Assembly: GCA_964479435.1 (NCBI GenBank)
Contig: CAYZME010000002.1
Coordinates: 1-52,785 of the forward strand
Direction of reading: 5' to 3'
Length of the DNA stretch: 52,785 nucleotides
Source of the DNA: an uncultured Oscillospiraceae bacterium
Lineage (GTDB): Bacteria; Bacillota; Clostridia; Saccharofermentanales; UBA5734
In this document: piece after piece, positions 34,096-43,108 of the stretch
Position numbering within the stretch: the stretch's first letter is position 1
Layout of the letters: each line of letters starts with the position of its first letter
Notes under the pieces: generated by a model
What the model was told of the DNA's origin: nothing
What the model saw: the letters and a program-made list of their open reading frames with translations, nothing else
The model's database searches: none
Position numbers and translations under genes: made by a program

Positions 34096-34776
34096 CTACT
34101 GTTCCATCGCCACCGCCCGCACCGGGCTGCCGTCCGCGCCCACCAGGCGCAAGGGAAAGGCGAACAGCGTCAGGCGCCGGCCGCACAGACTGTGTAGCCC
34201 GACCAGGCCTTCGAGGATGAGGATGTCGCGCGACAGCAGCGCGCGGTGCATGCGCGCGGCGGCCCCGCCTTCGCTCTCCGTCCGGGGGGCGGTCGGGCCG
34301 CCGATGTCCGGCGAGGCCAGCACCGTCGGCAGATCCGTCCCCAACAACCCCACGCCGTGTGCGGCCAGCCAGTCGGCGCTCTCCTCCGTCAACGGCGGCA
34401 GGTCCGTGAAAAACGCCGTGGTCGCGCGCCGGTGTTCCCAGCCCGTGTATATGACCAGAAAATCACCGGGGGTCAACAGCGGCAGCTCCAGGCGCGGCAG
34501 GTCGATGACGCCGTGACGTTCGATCATGCCGGTCACGTCGGCAAACACCGCCGGTCCCGCGAAGCGGTCCGGGGGCAGGGCGTCTACGGATGCGCCGTCG
34601 GCAAGAAAATGCCGGGGGAGATCGATGTGCGTGCCGCTGTGCGTTCCCATCGTGAGTTCTTGCACCCGGTAACCGTCCCGTGCCAGCGTCGCCGCGGGCG
34701 TCGAATGAAAGGGCGGATCGCCGGGAAACACATCCGTTGACGCAGCGAGCGGGACACTCAGGTCATACCATTTCAT
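34096..34776 (-). CDS. Cyclase-family protein (kynurenine formamidase-like metal hydrolase)
   Basis: HSGTHIDLPRHF (HxGTHxDxPxH) motif. 226 aa. ATG 34776 after AAAGGAAAG. Confidence 0.75.
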   Translation of the reverse strand: MKWYDLSVPLAASTDVFPGDPPFHSTPAATLARDGYRVQELTMGTHSGTHIDLPRHFLADGASVDALPPDRFAGPAVFADVTGMIERHGVIDLPRLELPLLTPGDFLVIYTGWEHRRATTAFFTDLPPLTEESADWLAAHGVGLLGTDLPTVLASPDIGGPTAPRTESEGGAAARMHRALLSRDILILEGLVGLHSLCGRRLTLFAFPLRLVGADGSPVRAVAMEQ

Positions 34777-34819
34777 TTGCTTTCCTTTCGCCGCAACCGG
34801 CCGTGCCGCGTGCGCGATT

Positions 34820-34839
34820 GCGTACGCGATCGCGTACGC
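34820..34839. promoter_or_regulatory. Perfect 20-bp palindrome (candidate operator) between the divergent cyclase and oxidoreductase genes
   Basis: GCGTACGCGA/TCGCGTACGC. It can also be read as two direct GCGTACGCGAT units. TATGAT lies 6 nt downstream on the plus strand. Confidence 0.5.
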
Positions 34840-34931
34840 GATAAGGTATGATGGAGTTCGACGCCGCACGCAAGATCTGGCGTCCCCTTATTGTAACCCG
34901 CACGGGGTCATGACACACACGGATGGTGGAT

Positions 34932-36143
34932 ATGTCTACAACGCGCACCCGCAGAATCGTTGTCGTCGGCGATGGCATCGCCGGCATCTCGGCCGCGCAA
35001 GGCGCGCGGCGCCAGGCGCCCGATGCCCAGGTCATTGTGATTGGCGACGAAACGCGTCCGCCCTATTACCGTTTGCGTTTGTGTGAGATTGTCTCGGGGC
35101 GCAACGAAGCGGAAAAACTGTGGTTGCACCCCGACGCGTGGTACGCGCAAAACGGCATCGAGTTGCGCACCGGGGTGCGCGCGCAGGCTTTGCACCCCCT
35201 GTCGCGGTGTTTGGAGCTCGCGGACGGCAGTGTGCTGCCGTATGACGCCCTGGTTCTGGCCACCGGCAGCGTTTCTTTTTTGCCGCCGGTCGCAGGGGCC
35301 GCGCGCCCCGGCGTTCACACGTTGTGGACGATGGACGACGCGTATGCCCTGCGCCACGCCGTAGACCGCTCCTGCCGCGACGACGCGCCGGCTGTTGTGG
35401 TCGGCGGCGGGTTGCTGGGATTGGAAGCCGCATATCATATTGCCCAATCCGGTTGCGCAACGACCGTCCTGGAACTGCTGCCCCGCCTGATGGCGCGTCA
35501 GCTCGACGCGCACGGCGCCAACCTGCTGGCGGCACGCGCCGCCAGCGTCGGCATCCGCGTGCGGACGGGCGTCACCGTCGCGACGCTGGAAGCGGACGGC
35601 GGCGACGCGGACCCGGGGCCCGTGGCCGCGGTGCGCCTGCAAGACAACAGCCGGCTGGCGGCGCAGGTGGTGCTGTTCTCGGCCGGCGTCCGCGCCCGAA
35701 CGGAGCTGGCCCGGCAGGCGAATATCCGGGTGGGACAGCGCATCCAGGTCGACCCGCGCCTGCGGACCGACACCGACGGCGTCTATGCCGCGGGGGATTG
35801 CGCCGAGGTCAACGGCTTCTGGTCCGGCCAGTGGCTGGTGGCGCGCGAACAAGGTCTGTGCGCGGGCGCCAACGCCGCCGGCGGCGCGATCGATTACACG
35901 CCGGCACCGCCGGCCTTTGTGCTCAACACCCTCGGCACGTCGCTGGTGTCGGCCGGGCTTTTCGATCCGCCCGGCCCGGGCGAAGAGGGGTACGATCCGG
36001 AGGTAGTGGTCGCGACGGACGGAGACCCCGACCGGTTTGTCTACCGTAAACGGGTCACCAGGGCGGGGCGCCTGGTGGGGTTTTTGCTACTGGGTGAGAC
36101 CGGCGACGCGCAAAAGTGGCTGCGCGAGATGAGCCCGGCGTAA
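34932..36143 (+). CDS. FAD/NAD(P)-dependent pyridine nucleotide-disulfide-family oxidoreductase
   Basis: RIVVVGDGIAGISAA and AVVVGGGLLGLEAA dinucleotide folds; YAAGDCAE. ATG 34932 after GGTGGA; ATG 34923 is the alternative. Confidence 0.8.
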   Translation: MSTTRTRRIVVVGDGIAGISAAQGARRQAPDAQVIVIGDETRPPYYRLRLCEIVSGRNEAEKLWLHPDAWYAQNGIELRTGVRAQALHPLSRCLELADGSVLPYDALVLATGSVSFLPPVAGAARPGVHTLWTMDDAYALRHAVDRSCRDDAPAVVVGGGLLGLEAAYHIAQSGCATTVLELLPRLMARQLDAHGANLLAARAASVGIRVRTGVTVATLEADGGDADPGPVAAVRLQDNSRLAAQVVLFSAGVRARTELARQANIRVGQRIQVDPRLRTDTDGVYAAGDCAEVNGFWSGQWLVAREQGLCAGANAAGGAIDYTPAPPAFVLNTLGTSLVSAGLFDPPGPGEEGYDPEVVVATDGDPDRFVYRKRVTRAGRLVGFLLLGETGDAQKWLREMSPA

Positions 36144-36173
36144 ATGACACGGCTCCTGACCGCATCGCTCCAA

Positions 36174-37058
36174 TCACGGTGCGGCGTCGGCGGCAGCTTG
36201 CTCCAGATGACGCAGCGCGAGCGCGACCAGATCGACCGCTTCTTTTGTCCCCAGGGGGACAGAAAACCCCATCTCCAGGAAGATCTTCAAATCGGTATCT
36301 TGCTCCACCTGGTTTTGAAACGAAAGGGAATCGGCCGCCAGCAGCCGCCCGAGAACAAAAAAGGACACATCGGAAGTAGGACCGTACGACCGCTTGATCT
36401 GATCCGCCGGATGCTTGTCGAGTACGGCTCTGAGCAATTGCAGGCGCTGCGGATGTGTCATCTGGGCGATCAGTTGTTCATTGACCAGCATGTACTCCAC
36501 ATAACCGAGCTGCAGCCGCCCAAAGATGGACGTGTCCGCTGCCATCCCGTCGCGGTCGATCGTGCGATACAGGCGGATCATCGCCTGTGCGGCGTCGGGT
36601 CGACTGTACAGCTCCTGTAACGCCGCATTGTTTTCCTCGATGCCCCGCATGCCGCCGCCGTATGTATAGTCAAAGAAAAAAGCGTCTGCGGCCAGCGGGT
36701 ACAACATACAGGTTTCGGCCAGACCGGGTGTGGATATGCGCGCCAGAACCTCCGCCGGCACCGCGACGGCGTCTTGCATCTGAGTATGCGAAACGAACGT
36801 GCGCCAGATCTCCGGCGTTTTGAGTGGCGTCACCGGATAGGCGTACGCGTCCTCTGCCAGCGCGGTCGCGTACCAGGTGCCGGGCGCGCGGGTCGGCAGC
36901 GGCGCTTCGGTGGGCACGGTTGTCGTCGAGGCTTCGGTGGGCACGGTTGTCGTCGAGGCGGTCGGTTGCGGCTGCGATGCCGCGGGTGTGCAGCCGCTGA
37001 TGACGCAGGCCAGTACCACCCAGATCCCCACGCTTAAAAAAGTCTTTGCCATCCTCAT
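36174..37058 (-). CDS. Hypothetical lipoprotein with a Thr/Pro-rich duplicated linker
   Basis: Signal peptide and lipobox VLACVISGC. Linker TTTVPTEAS-TTTVPTEAP. No recognised family. ATG 37058 lies 8 nt after GAGGAGG. Confidence 0.65.
   Translation of the reverse strand: MRMAKTFLSVGIWVVLACVISGCTPAASQPQPTASTTTVPTEASTTTVPTEAPLPTRAPGTWYATALAEDAYAYPVTPLKTPEIWRTFVSHTQMQDAVAVPAEVLARISTPGLAETCMLYPLAADAFFFDYTYGGGMRGIEENNAALQELYSRPDAAQAMIRLYRTIDRDGMAADTSIFGRLQLGYVEYMLVNEQLIAQMTHPQRLQLLRAVLDKHPADQIKRSYGPTSDVSFFVLGRLLAADSLSFQNQVEQDTDLKIFLEMGFSVPLGTKEAVDLVALALRHLEQAAADAAP
36904..36957. repeat. Perfect 27-bp tandem duplication inside the lipoprotein linker
   Basis: GCTTCGGTGGGCACGGTTGTCGTCGAG at 36904..36930 and again at 36931..36957. 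It is in frame (9 codons). Confidence 0.95.
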
Positions 37059-37150
37059 CTCATTCACCTCCTCGTAAAGGAAGCGTTTGCGGCGCCAACT
37101 TTTGGCGATTCTTTGCCGCGGGCCGCCTGCAGCCAGCGGCCAGTTGTTGT

Positions 37151-40100
37151 TCAGGCAGTCGCCGCCGCTTCCGCTTCCGCGCGGGCCTCGACGTGTGACA
37201 GCAGCTCACGGGCGTTTCGTGCCGCGGCCGCGCCGTCAGTCGCGCCCTGTCGGACCTGAATATACGGCCGGCTGCCGGCGTTGAACAGCAAGCGCCCGCT
37301 GTAGGCGGGGATCGACATCAGCAAGGAGACGCTGGCGAGCGCGGCGGGGTTGTCCTCGTCACAGACCAGGATCAGCGCGTCGCGCTGGGTGTAGACGCGT
37401 TTGAAGGCAAAGCGCGAGGCCAACGCGCGGGTCAGGGCGATGTCCGCCAGGGTCTGGACCTGAGCGGGGAGGTCGCCATAGCGGTCCAGCAGCTCGTCGA
37501 GAACGTCGCGGTGGTGTGTCGAGTCGTCGATGGCGGCGATGCGGCGGTACATATCCATCCGCTGCGCTTCGTCCGGTACATACACGGCGGGAATATAGGC
37601 GTCGACTTCGATTTCGATGGTCGCGGCGGTTTTGGGGGCCGGGCGGGGCACCTCGCCGGCCTCCTGCCGCATCTGCTGAATGGCTTCGTCCAACATACGG
37701 CAGTACAAGTCGTAGCCGATCGCCTCCAGATGCCCGTGTTGCTCCCCTCCCAGCAGATTGCCCGCGCCGCGCACCTCGAGGTCGCGTAGCGCGATCTTGA
37801 GACCCGAACCCAGTTCCGTGAAATCGCGGATGGCCGACAGGCGTTTCTGGGCGACTTCGGTCAGCACCTGATCCTTGCGGTACGTGATGTACGCGTACGC
37901 CTGCCGCCCGGAACGGCCGACGCGCCCGCGCAACTGGTAGAGGGACGACAACCCCAGCCGGTCGGCATTCTCGATGATGATCGTATTGACATTGGGCATG
38001 TCGATGCCCGACTCGATGATGGTCGTACAAACCAGGATGTCGGCTTCGCCGGCGATAAAAGACTCGATGACGTTTTCCAGCGTGCGTTCGCCCATTTTGC
38101 CATGCCCGTAGATGACGCGGGCGCCTGGCAAAGCGCGCTCGATCTCCGCCACTTTGTCGAGAATGCGGCGCGTATCGTTAAAGAGATAGAACACCTGTCC
38201 GTCGCGGGCGATCTCGCGCAACATCGCTTCCACGATCAGTTCGGAGTCGTATTCCATGACATACGTCTGGACCGACCGCCGATCGGGGGGCGGGTCTTCG
38301 ATCAGGCTGATGTCGCGGATGCCCGACAAGGACATGTGCAGCGTGCGCGGGATCGGCGTCGCGGTCAGCGTCAACACGTCGGTGTCGGGCGTGAGCGCTT
38401 TGATCGCTTCCTTATGGTCGACGCCAAAGCGTTGTTCCTCGTCGACCACCAGCAGCCCGAGATTTTTGAATCGCACATCCTTTGACAGCATCCGGTGGGT
38501 GGCGACCACGACATCCACCTGCCCGTTCGCCAGCCCGCGCAACGTCTGTTTTTGCGCCGGTTTGGGCGCGAAGCGACTCAACAGCCCCACTTCCACCGGG
38601 AACCCCTGCACCCGTTGCCGGAAATTCTCATAGTGTTGTTGCGCCAGCACCGTGGTCGGCGCCAGCAGCGCCGTTTGCTTGCCGTCCATGACCGACTTAA
38701 ACATCGCGCGGAACGCGACTTCGGTTTTGCCAAAACCGACATCGCCGCACAGCAGGCGATCCATCACGCGGTCGGTCTCCATGTCGGCTTTGACTTCGGC
38801 GATCGAGCGCAGTTGATCCTCGGTCTCCTCATAGGGGAAGGCGTCCTCGAATTCCTGTTGCCACACGGTATCGGCGGCAAAAACATGCCCGCGCAACTGC
38901 CGGCGTTTGGCGTACAAAGCCACCAGATCGGTCGCCAGTTTCCGGATGGAGTCGCGCGCCCGCTCCTTCATCCGGTTCCACTCCTGGCCGCCCAGCCGCG
39001 TCAACCGCGGCTCGCGCCCCTCGGAACCGACATATTTCTGGATCTGATCCAGGCTCTCCATCGGGATGTAGAGCGTGTCGTCTGACGCGTATGAAATCCG
39101 CAGATAATCGCGGCGCACCCCGCCGGACGCGACCGCGTGCAACCCTTCGTACCGCCCGATGCCATGCGCTTCATGGACGACATAATCGCCGGGCGCCAGA
39201 TCGCTGAACAAGTCGATCCGCATCCCCTTATGGCCCGAGCGGCGGGCGCGCCGCTCGTTGCCAAACAGATCCTGGCTGCCGATCAGCAGCAGATCACAGG
39301 CCATGTATTCCAGGCCGGTCGGCAAAGGCAGGGTCTCAACCGCCGCCACCGCGTCCGCGTCGGCCAGCAGTTGGCGCAAACGCTCGGCGCGCTCCGGTGT
39401 ATCGGCACACAGCCAGGTGACCCGGCCGTCGGCATGTCGGCGCCTGATCTCGGAGATCAGGCGCTCTTCGCGGCCGCGGAAAGAGTCGGCCGGACGCCCG
39501 GCGATGCGGATCGCGTGCGCGCCGGGAAAGCCATTGCCGGCGGCGGCCAAACCCGCCAGCGAGATCACGCGCCGTGTATCGGTGAGGCGGCGCATGAGAT
39601 CGGTGCCGCGCCAGGAAACCCCGGCCGCCAACGGCAACACGTGTCCTTTTAGCAACAGTGTTTTGATTCGCTCCGCCAAATCGGCTTGCGCGGCGTCCAG
39701 GCGGGTGGATACGCGCGCCGGCTCGTCGACAAACAAGAGCGCGTCGCCGGCGACCGCATAATCCAGCAGAGATGCCGGTTCGTCATACAGCAACGGCAGC
39801 CAGCGGTCGGCGGCGGCAAAAGACAAACCGTGCTCCCAGCGCGCCGCGTCGCGTTCCACCACCTGGCGGATATGGTTGTGCACGGAGGCGTCCGCGCCCT
39901 CCCGCGCCAAATGGTCGAGGTATGCCCGCCCCGCGTCCAATACCGCCGCCGCTACCCGCCCGCGCTCGGCGGGCGGCAGGAGCAATTCGCGTGCCGGCGG
40001 AATGCGGATGGCGTCCAGCATGGCAAGGGATCGTTGGCTGGCGGGATCCAAACGTTTGATGGCGTCGATTTCGCGGTCAAAGAAGGATATCCGCACCGCG

Positions 40101-40675
40101 TCGGCGTCTTCGCCGGGCAGGACGACGTCCACAATGTCCCCGCGGCGCGCGAACTGGCCCGGCCCTTCGGCCTGGCGGACGTGCTCATAACCCATGTCCG
40201 CCAAACGCGCGGCCAGGACCTCCGGATCCTGCTCGCCCCCGGTTTGCAACACGCAGACCGCGGCGGTAAAACGCGCGACCGGCGGCAATTTTTGCAGCGC
40301 GGCCGCGGCGGTGGCGACCACCGCGCCGGCCGAACCGGCCAACAGCTCGGCCAGAATGCCGACGCGGACGGTCTCGGTGTCATGCGATGAGGCCTCGGCG
40401 TCCGCCAGCCCGAGCTCCCGCTGGCGGTATACGCGGACGGGCTTCTCGATGAAGGCGGCCAGCGAGGCCGCCACAGAGCGCGCCGTGAGTTCCTCCGGGA
40501 CGAGGATAAAAGGGATGCGGCCCGTTTCGGTAGCTACTGCGGCGGCCAACAGCGCTTTTTGCGGGTCACACGGGCCGCTGACATTGATCGGGCGCGCCGG
40601 TGTGGCATCGATCGCCGTGAGCAATTGCCGGTACGCGGGGTCCCTGCGCACCCGATCCAACAGTTCCCGCTTCAT
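37151..40675 (-). CDS. mfd: Transcription-repair coupling factor
   Basis: Walker A GDVGFGKTEVA, DEEQ box LLVVDEEQRFGV, QLRGRVGRS, and a CarD-like domain (GDYVVHEAHGIGRY). Its ATG 40675 overlaps the pth stop (ATGA). Confidence 0.95.
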   Translation of the reverse strand: MKRELLDRVRRDPAYRQLLTAIDATPARPINVSGPCDPQKALLAAAVATETGRIPFILVPEELTARSVAASLAAFIEKPVRVYRQRELGLADAEASSHDTETVRVGILAELLAGSAGAVVATAAAALQKLPPVARFTAAVCVLQTGGEQDPEVLAARLADMGYEHVRQAEGPGQFARRGDIVDVVLPGEDADAVRISFFDREIDAIKRLDPASQRSLAMLDAIRIPPARELLLPPAERGRVAAAVLDAGRAYLDHLAREGADASVHNHIRQVVERDAARWEHGLSFAAADRWLPLLYDEPASLLDYAVAGDALLFVDEPARVSTRLDAAQADLAERIKTLLLKGHVLPLAAGVSWRGTDLMRRLTDTRRVISLAGLAAAGNGFPGAHAIRIAGRPADSFRGREERLISEIRRRHADGRVTWLCADTPERAERLRQLLADADAVAAVETLPLPTGLEYMACDLLLIGSQDLFGNERRARRSGHKGMRIDLFSDLAPGDYVVHEAHGIGRYEGLHAVASGGVRRDYLRISYASDDTLYIPMESLDQIQKYVGSEGREPRLTRLGGQEWNRMKERARDSIRKLATDLVALYAKRRQLRGHVFAADTVWQQEFEDAFPYEETEDQLRSIAEVKADMETDRVMDRLLCGDVGFGKTEVAFRAMFKSVMDGKQTALLAPTTVLAQQHYENFRQRVQGFPVEVGLLSRFAPKPAQKQTLRGLANGQVDVVVATHRMLSKDVRFKNLGLLVVDEEQRFGVDHKEAIKALTPDTDVLTLTATPIPRTLHMSLSGIRDISLIEDPPPDRRSVQTYVMEYDSELIVEAMLREIARDGQVFYLFNDTRRILDKVAEIERALPGARVIYGHGKMGERTLENVIESFIAGEADILVCTTIIESGIDMPNVNTIIIENADRLGLSSLYQLRGRVGRSGRQAYAYITYRKDQVLTEVAQKRLSAIRDFTELGSGLKIALRDLEVRGAGNLLGGEQHGHLEAIGYDLYCRMLDEAIQQMRQEAGEVPRPAPKTAATIEIEVDAYIPAVYVPDEAQRMDMYRRIAAIDDSTHHRDVLDELLDRYGDLPAQVQTLADIALTRALASRFAFKRVYTQRDALILVCDEDNPAALASVSLLMSIPAYSGRLLFNAGSRPYIQVRQGATDGAAAARNARELLSHVEARAEAEAAATA

Positions 40676-41307
40676 GTGCCGTTTCCGTTCCCGCTCCCGT
40701 TGATGCGATTCATCGCCAGGTCGATCCCCGCGGAAAGAATCCATTCGACGGCGTCCGCGGCGCGGGCAAACGCCGCTTCCAACGCGGGCTGTGCGGCATC
40801 GGGGATGGGGGAGAGGACATAATCCGCGAGGTCGCGCCCGGCCGGCGCCGGGCCGATGCCGATGCGGATCCGGGGGAAGTCCTTTTCGCCGATGTGGGAC
40901 AGCACCGATTTCATCCCGTTGTGTGAACCCGCGCCGCCGCCGGTCCGCACTTTGACCACCCCCGCCGGGATGTCGACATCGTCAAACAGGACCACCGTCC
41001 GCGCGGGCGGGATGCGGAAATAGCGCATGGCCTCGCCCACGCTTTCGCCGGATAAATTCATAAAGGTGGTCGGCATCAGCAGCAACGCCTCGGCGCCGCC
41101 GATGCGGCCTTTGCCATACAGGCCCTTAAACTGGATGTGGTCGACCCGGATGCTGTGGCGCGCGGCCAGGGTCTCCAACGCGCGAAAGCCGCAATTGTGC
41201 CAGGAGCGCGCGTACCGCGCGCCGGGGTTGCCCAGTCCCACCACCAGCCAGCGCTCTGTGGTTTCCGGCTTGTCTTTTTTTAGGCGGAACAGCGGACGCA
41301 ACCTCAT
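40672..41307 (-). CDS. pth: Peptidyl-tRNA hydrolase
   Basis: VVGLGNPGARYARSWHNCGF and a later DD.D..G region. About 18-aa N-terminal extension and a Gly/Asn C-tail. Its ATG 41307 overlaps the glmU stop (ATGA). Confidence 0.9.
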   Translation of the reverse strand: MRLRPLFRLKKDKPETTERWLVVGLGNPGARYARSWHNCGFRALETLAARHSIRVDHIQFKGLYGKGRIGGAEALLLMPTTFMNLSGESVGEAMRYFRIPPARTVVLFDDVDIPAGVVKVRTGGGAGSHNGMKSVLSHIGEKDFPRIRIGIGPAPAGRDLADYVLSPIPDAAQPALEAAFARAADAVEWILSAGIDLAMNRINGSGNGNGT

Positions 41308-42665
41308 GTGGGCATCCTGCGGATCCAGTTTTTCTTGATCGTCTGGCGTTCGCGGGCCAACGCCAGCGCGCCGGCGGGGACCGATTCGGTGATCGTCGAT
41401 CCGGCGGCAATATACGCGTTCTCCTGGATCTCGACCGGCGCGACCAGAACGGTATTGCTGCCGACAAATACGTTGTCGCCGATCTCTGTATGCCGGCGCA
41501 CGTTGCCGTCGTCGTTGGCGGTGACCGAACCGCATCCGATCACCACACCCGACCCCAGGTTGGCGTCGCCCACATAGGCCAGATGCGCGGCCTGGCTGTG
41601 TTCGCCGATGCGCGCGTTGTCAATTTCGACAAAAACCCCGATACGACTGTGCTGTCCGATCTCCGTCCCCCGCCGCAAACTGGCGTACGGCCCGATGCGC
41701 GCGCCGTCGGCGACCCGGCACCCCTCGGCGGTCGCCCGTTCGGCAAACACACCGTTGCCCAGCGCGGCATCCACCAGGCGCGTGTCCGGTCCAATGCGGC
41801 AATCCTCGCCGATGACCGTCGCGCCCTCCAGGCTGCAGCCGCTCAAAATCTCGCTGTCCGCGCCGATGCGCACCGACTCATCGATCCAGGTGTTGCCGGG
41901 ATCCAGAATCGTCACCCCGTCCCGCATATGGCGCTCGCAAATGCGGCGGTTCATGATCTGCGCGGCCTGCGACAATTGGACGCGGTCGTTGATGCCGATC
42001 GTTTCCTCAAAAGGCACTTTGCAGGCCCCGACCCGGTGTCCGTCGCCGATGAGAATGCTGATCGTGTCGGTCAAGTAATATTCATTTTGTACATTTTGGC
42101 TGCCGATGCGCCCTAGGGCGGACAACAACAACGGGGTATTGAACACATACATCCCCGCGTTGATTTCACGAATCGCGCGCTGTTTCTCACTGGCGTCGCG
42201 ATGCTCGACGATCGCCCGGATGTTGCCGTCCGTGTCGCGCACCACCCGGCCCAATCCCGTGGGGTCTTGCGCGTCCGCGGTGATGACGACGGCGGCGTAC
42301 CCGTCGCTCTGATACTGCTCGACCGCCGCGCGCAACGTCGCGGCTGTGATCAAGGGCGCGTCGCCGACCAGCACCAGGGTGCAGCCGCCGCGGCTCTCCA
42401 GAAAAGGCGCGGCTTGCATCACCGCGTGCCCGGTGCCGAGCTGTTGCTCCTGGATGACAAAAGCGACCTCTTCGCCCAGCGCCAACCGCACCTGATCCTG
42501 CATGTGACCGACGACATAGACCTGATCCCGCGCGCCGATGGCGTTGAGGGTCTCCCGCACCCAGCAAACCACCGGGCGCCCCGCGATCCGGTGTACCAGT
42601 TTCGATTTTTTTGAGCGCATGCGTTTGCCCTCGCCGGCGGCAAGGACGATGGCGCAGATATCCAT
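41304..42665 (-). CDS. glmU: Bifunctional UDP-N-acetylglucosamine diphosphorylase / glucosamine-1-phosphate N-acetyltransferase
   Basis: N-terminal LAAGEGKRMRS and C-terminal left-handed beta-helix hexapeptide repeats. Confidence 0.95.
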   Translation of the reverse strand: MDICAIVLAAGEGKRMRSKKSKLVHRIAGRPVVCWVRETLNAIGARDQVYVVGHMQDQVRLALGEEVAFVIQEQQLGTGHAVMQAAPFLESRGGCTLVLVGDAPLITAATLRAAVEQYQSDGYAAVVITADAQDPTGLGRVVRDTDGNIRAIVEHRDASEKQRAIREINAGMYVFNTPLLLSALGRIGSQNVQNEYYLTDTISILIGDGHRVGACKVPFEETIGINDRVQLSQAAQIMNRRICERHMRDGVTILDPGNTWIDESVRIGADSEILSGCSLEGATVIGEDCRIGPDTRLVDAALGNGVFAERATAEGCRVADGARIGPYASLRRGTEIGQHSRIGVFVEIDNARIGEHSQAAHLAYVGDANLGSGVVIGCGSVTANDDGNVRRHTEIGDNVFVGSNTVLVAPVEIQENAYIAAGSTITESVPAGALALARERQTIKKNWIRRMPT

Positions 42666-42701
42666 ATGGCGGAATCCTCCTGTGTCATCTGGCCGGGACG
42701 A

Positions 42702-43073
42702 TCACCGTTGGGGCACGACTTCCATCCAGTAGCCATCGGGGTCTTCGATAAAATACAAGCCCATCTCTTTGTTCTCGTAGCAAATCACGCCCATGTCGCG
42801 GTGTTTGGCGTACGCGGCGTCAAAATCATCGGCGACAAAGCAGATGTGGCTTTCGTTGTCGCCCAGCTCATACGGCGTCTTTTTGTCCGCGAGCCAGGTC
42901 AGCTCCAACCGGTATGTGCCGATATCGTCGGTCAAAAAGACGATCGAAAAACGGCCCTGCGCGTCGTCGCGGCGGCGCGCCACACGTAAGCCGAGCGCCT
43001 CTTCATAAAAACGGACGCTTTTATCCAGGTCAAAAACATTGATGTTGGCATGATCGATGCGAAATTTCATCAT
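42702..43073 (-). CDS. VOC-family protein (glyoxalase I-like)
   Basis: MMKFRIDHANINVFDLDKSVRFYEEALGL... and a C-terminal FIEDPDGYWMEVV. About 50% GC, against about 70% in flanking genes. Confidence 0.75.
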   Translation of the reverse strand: MMKFRIDHANINVFDLDKSVRFYEEALGLRVARRRDDAQGRFSIVFLTDDIGTYRLELTWLADKKTPYELGDNESHICFVADDFDAAYAKHRDMGVICYENKEMGLYFIEDPDGYWMEVVPQR

Positions 43074-43108
43074 CCTTCCTCCTTTTCCGGTTTGGCTGTC
43101 ACGCTTGT

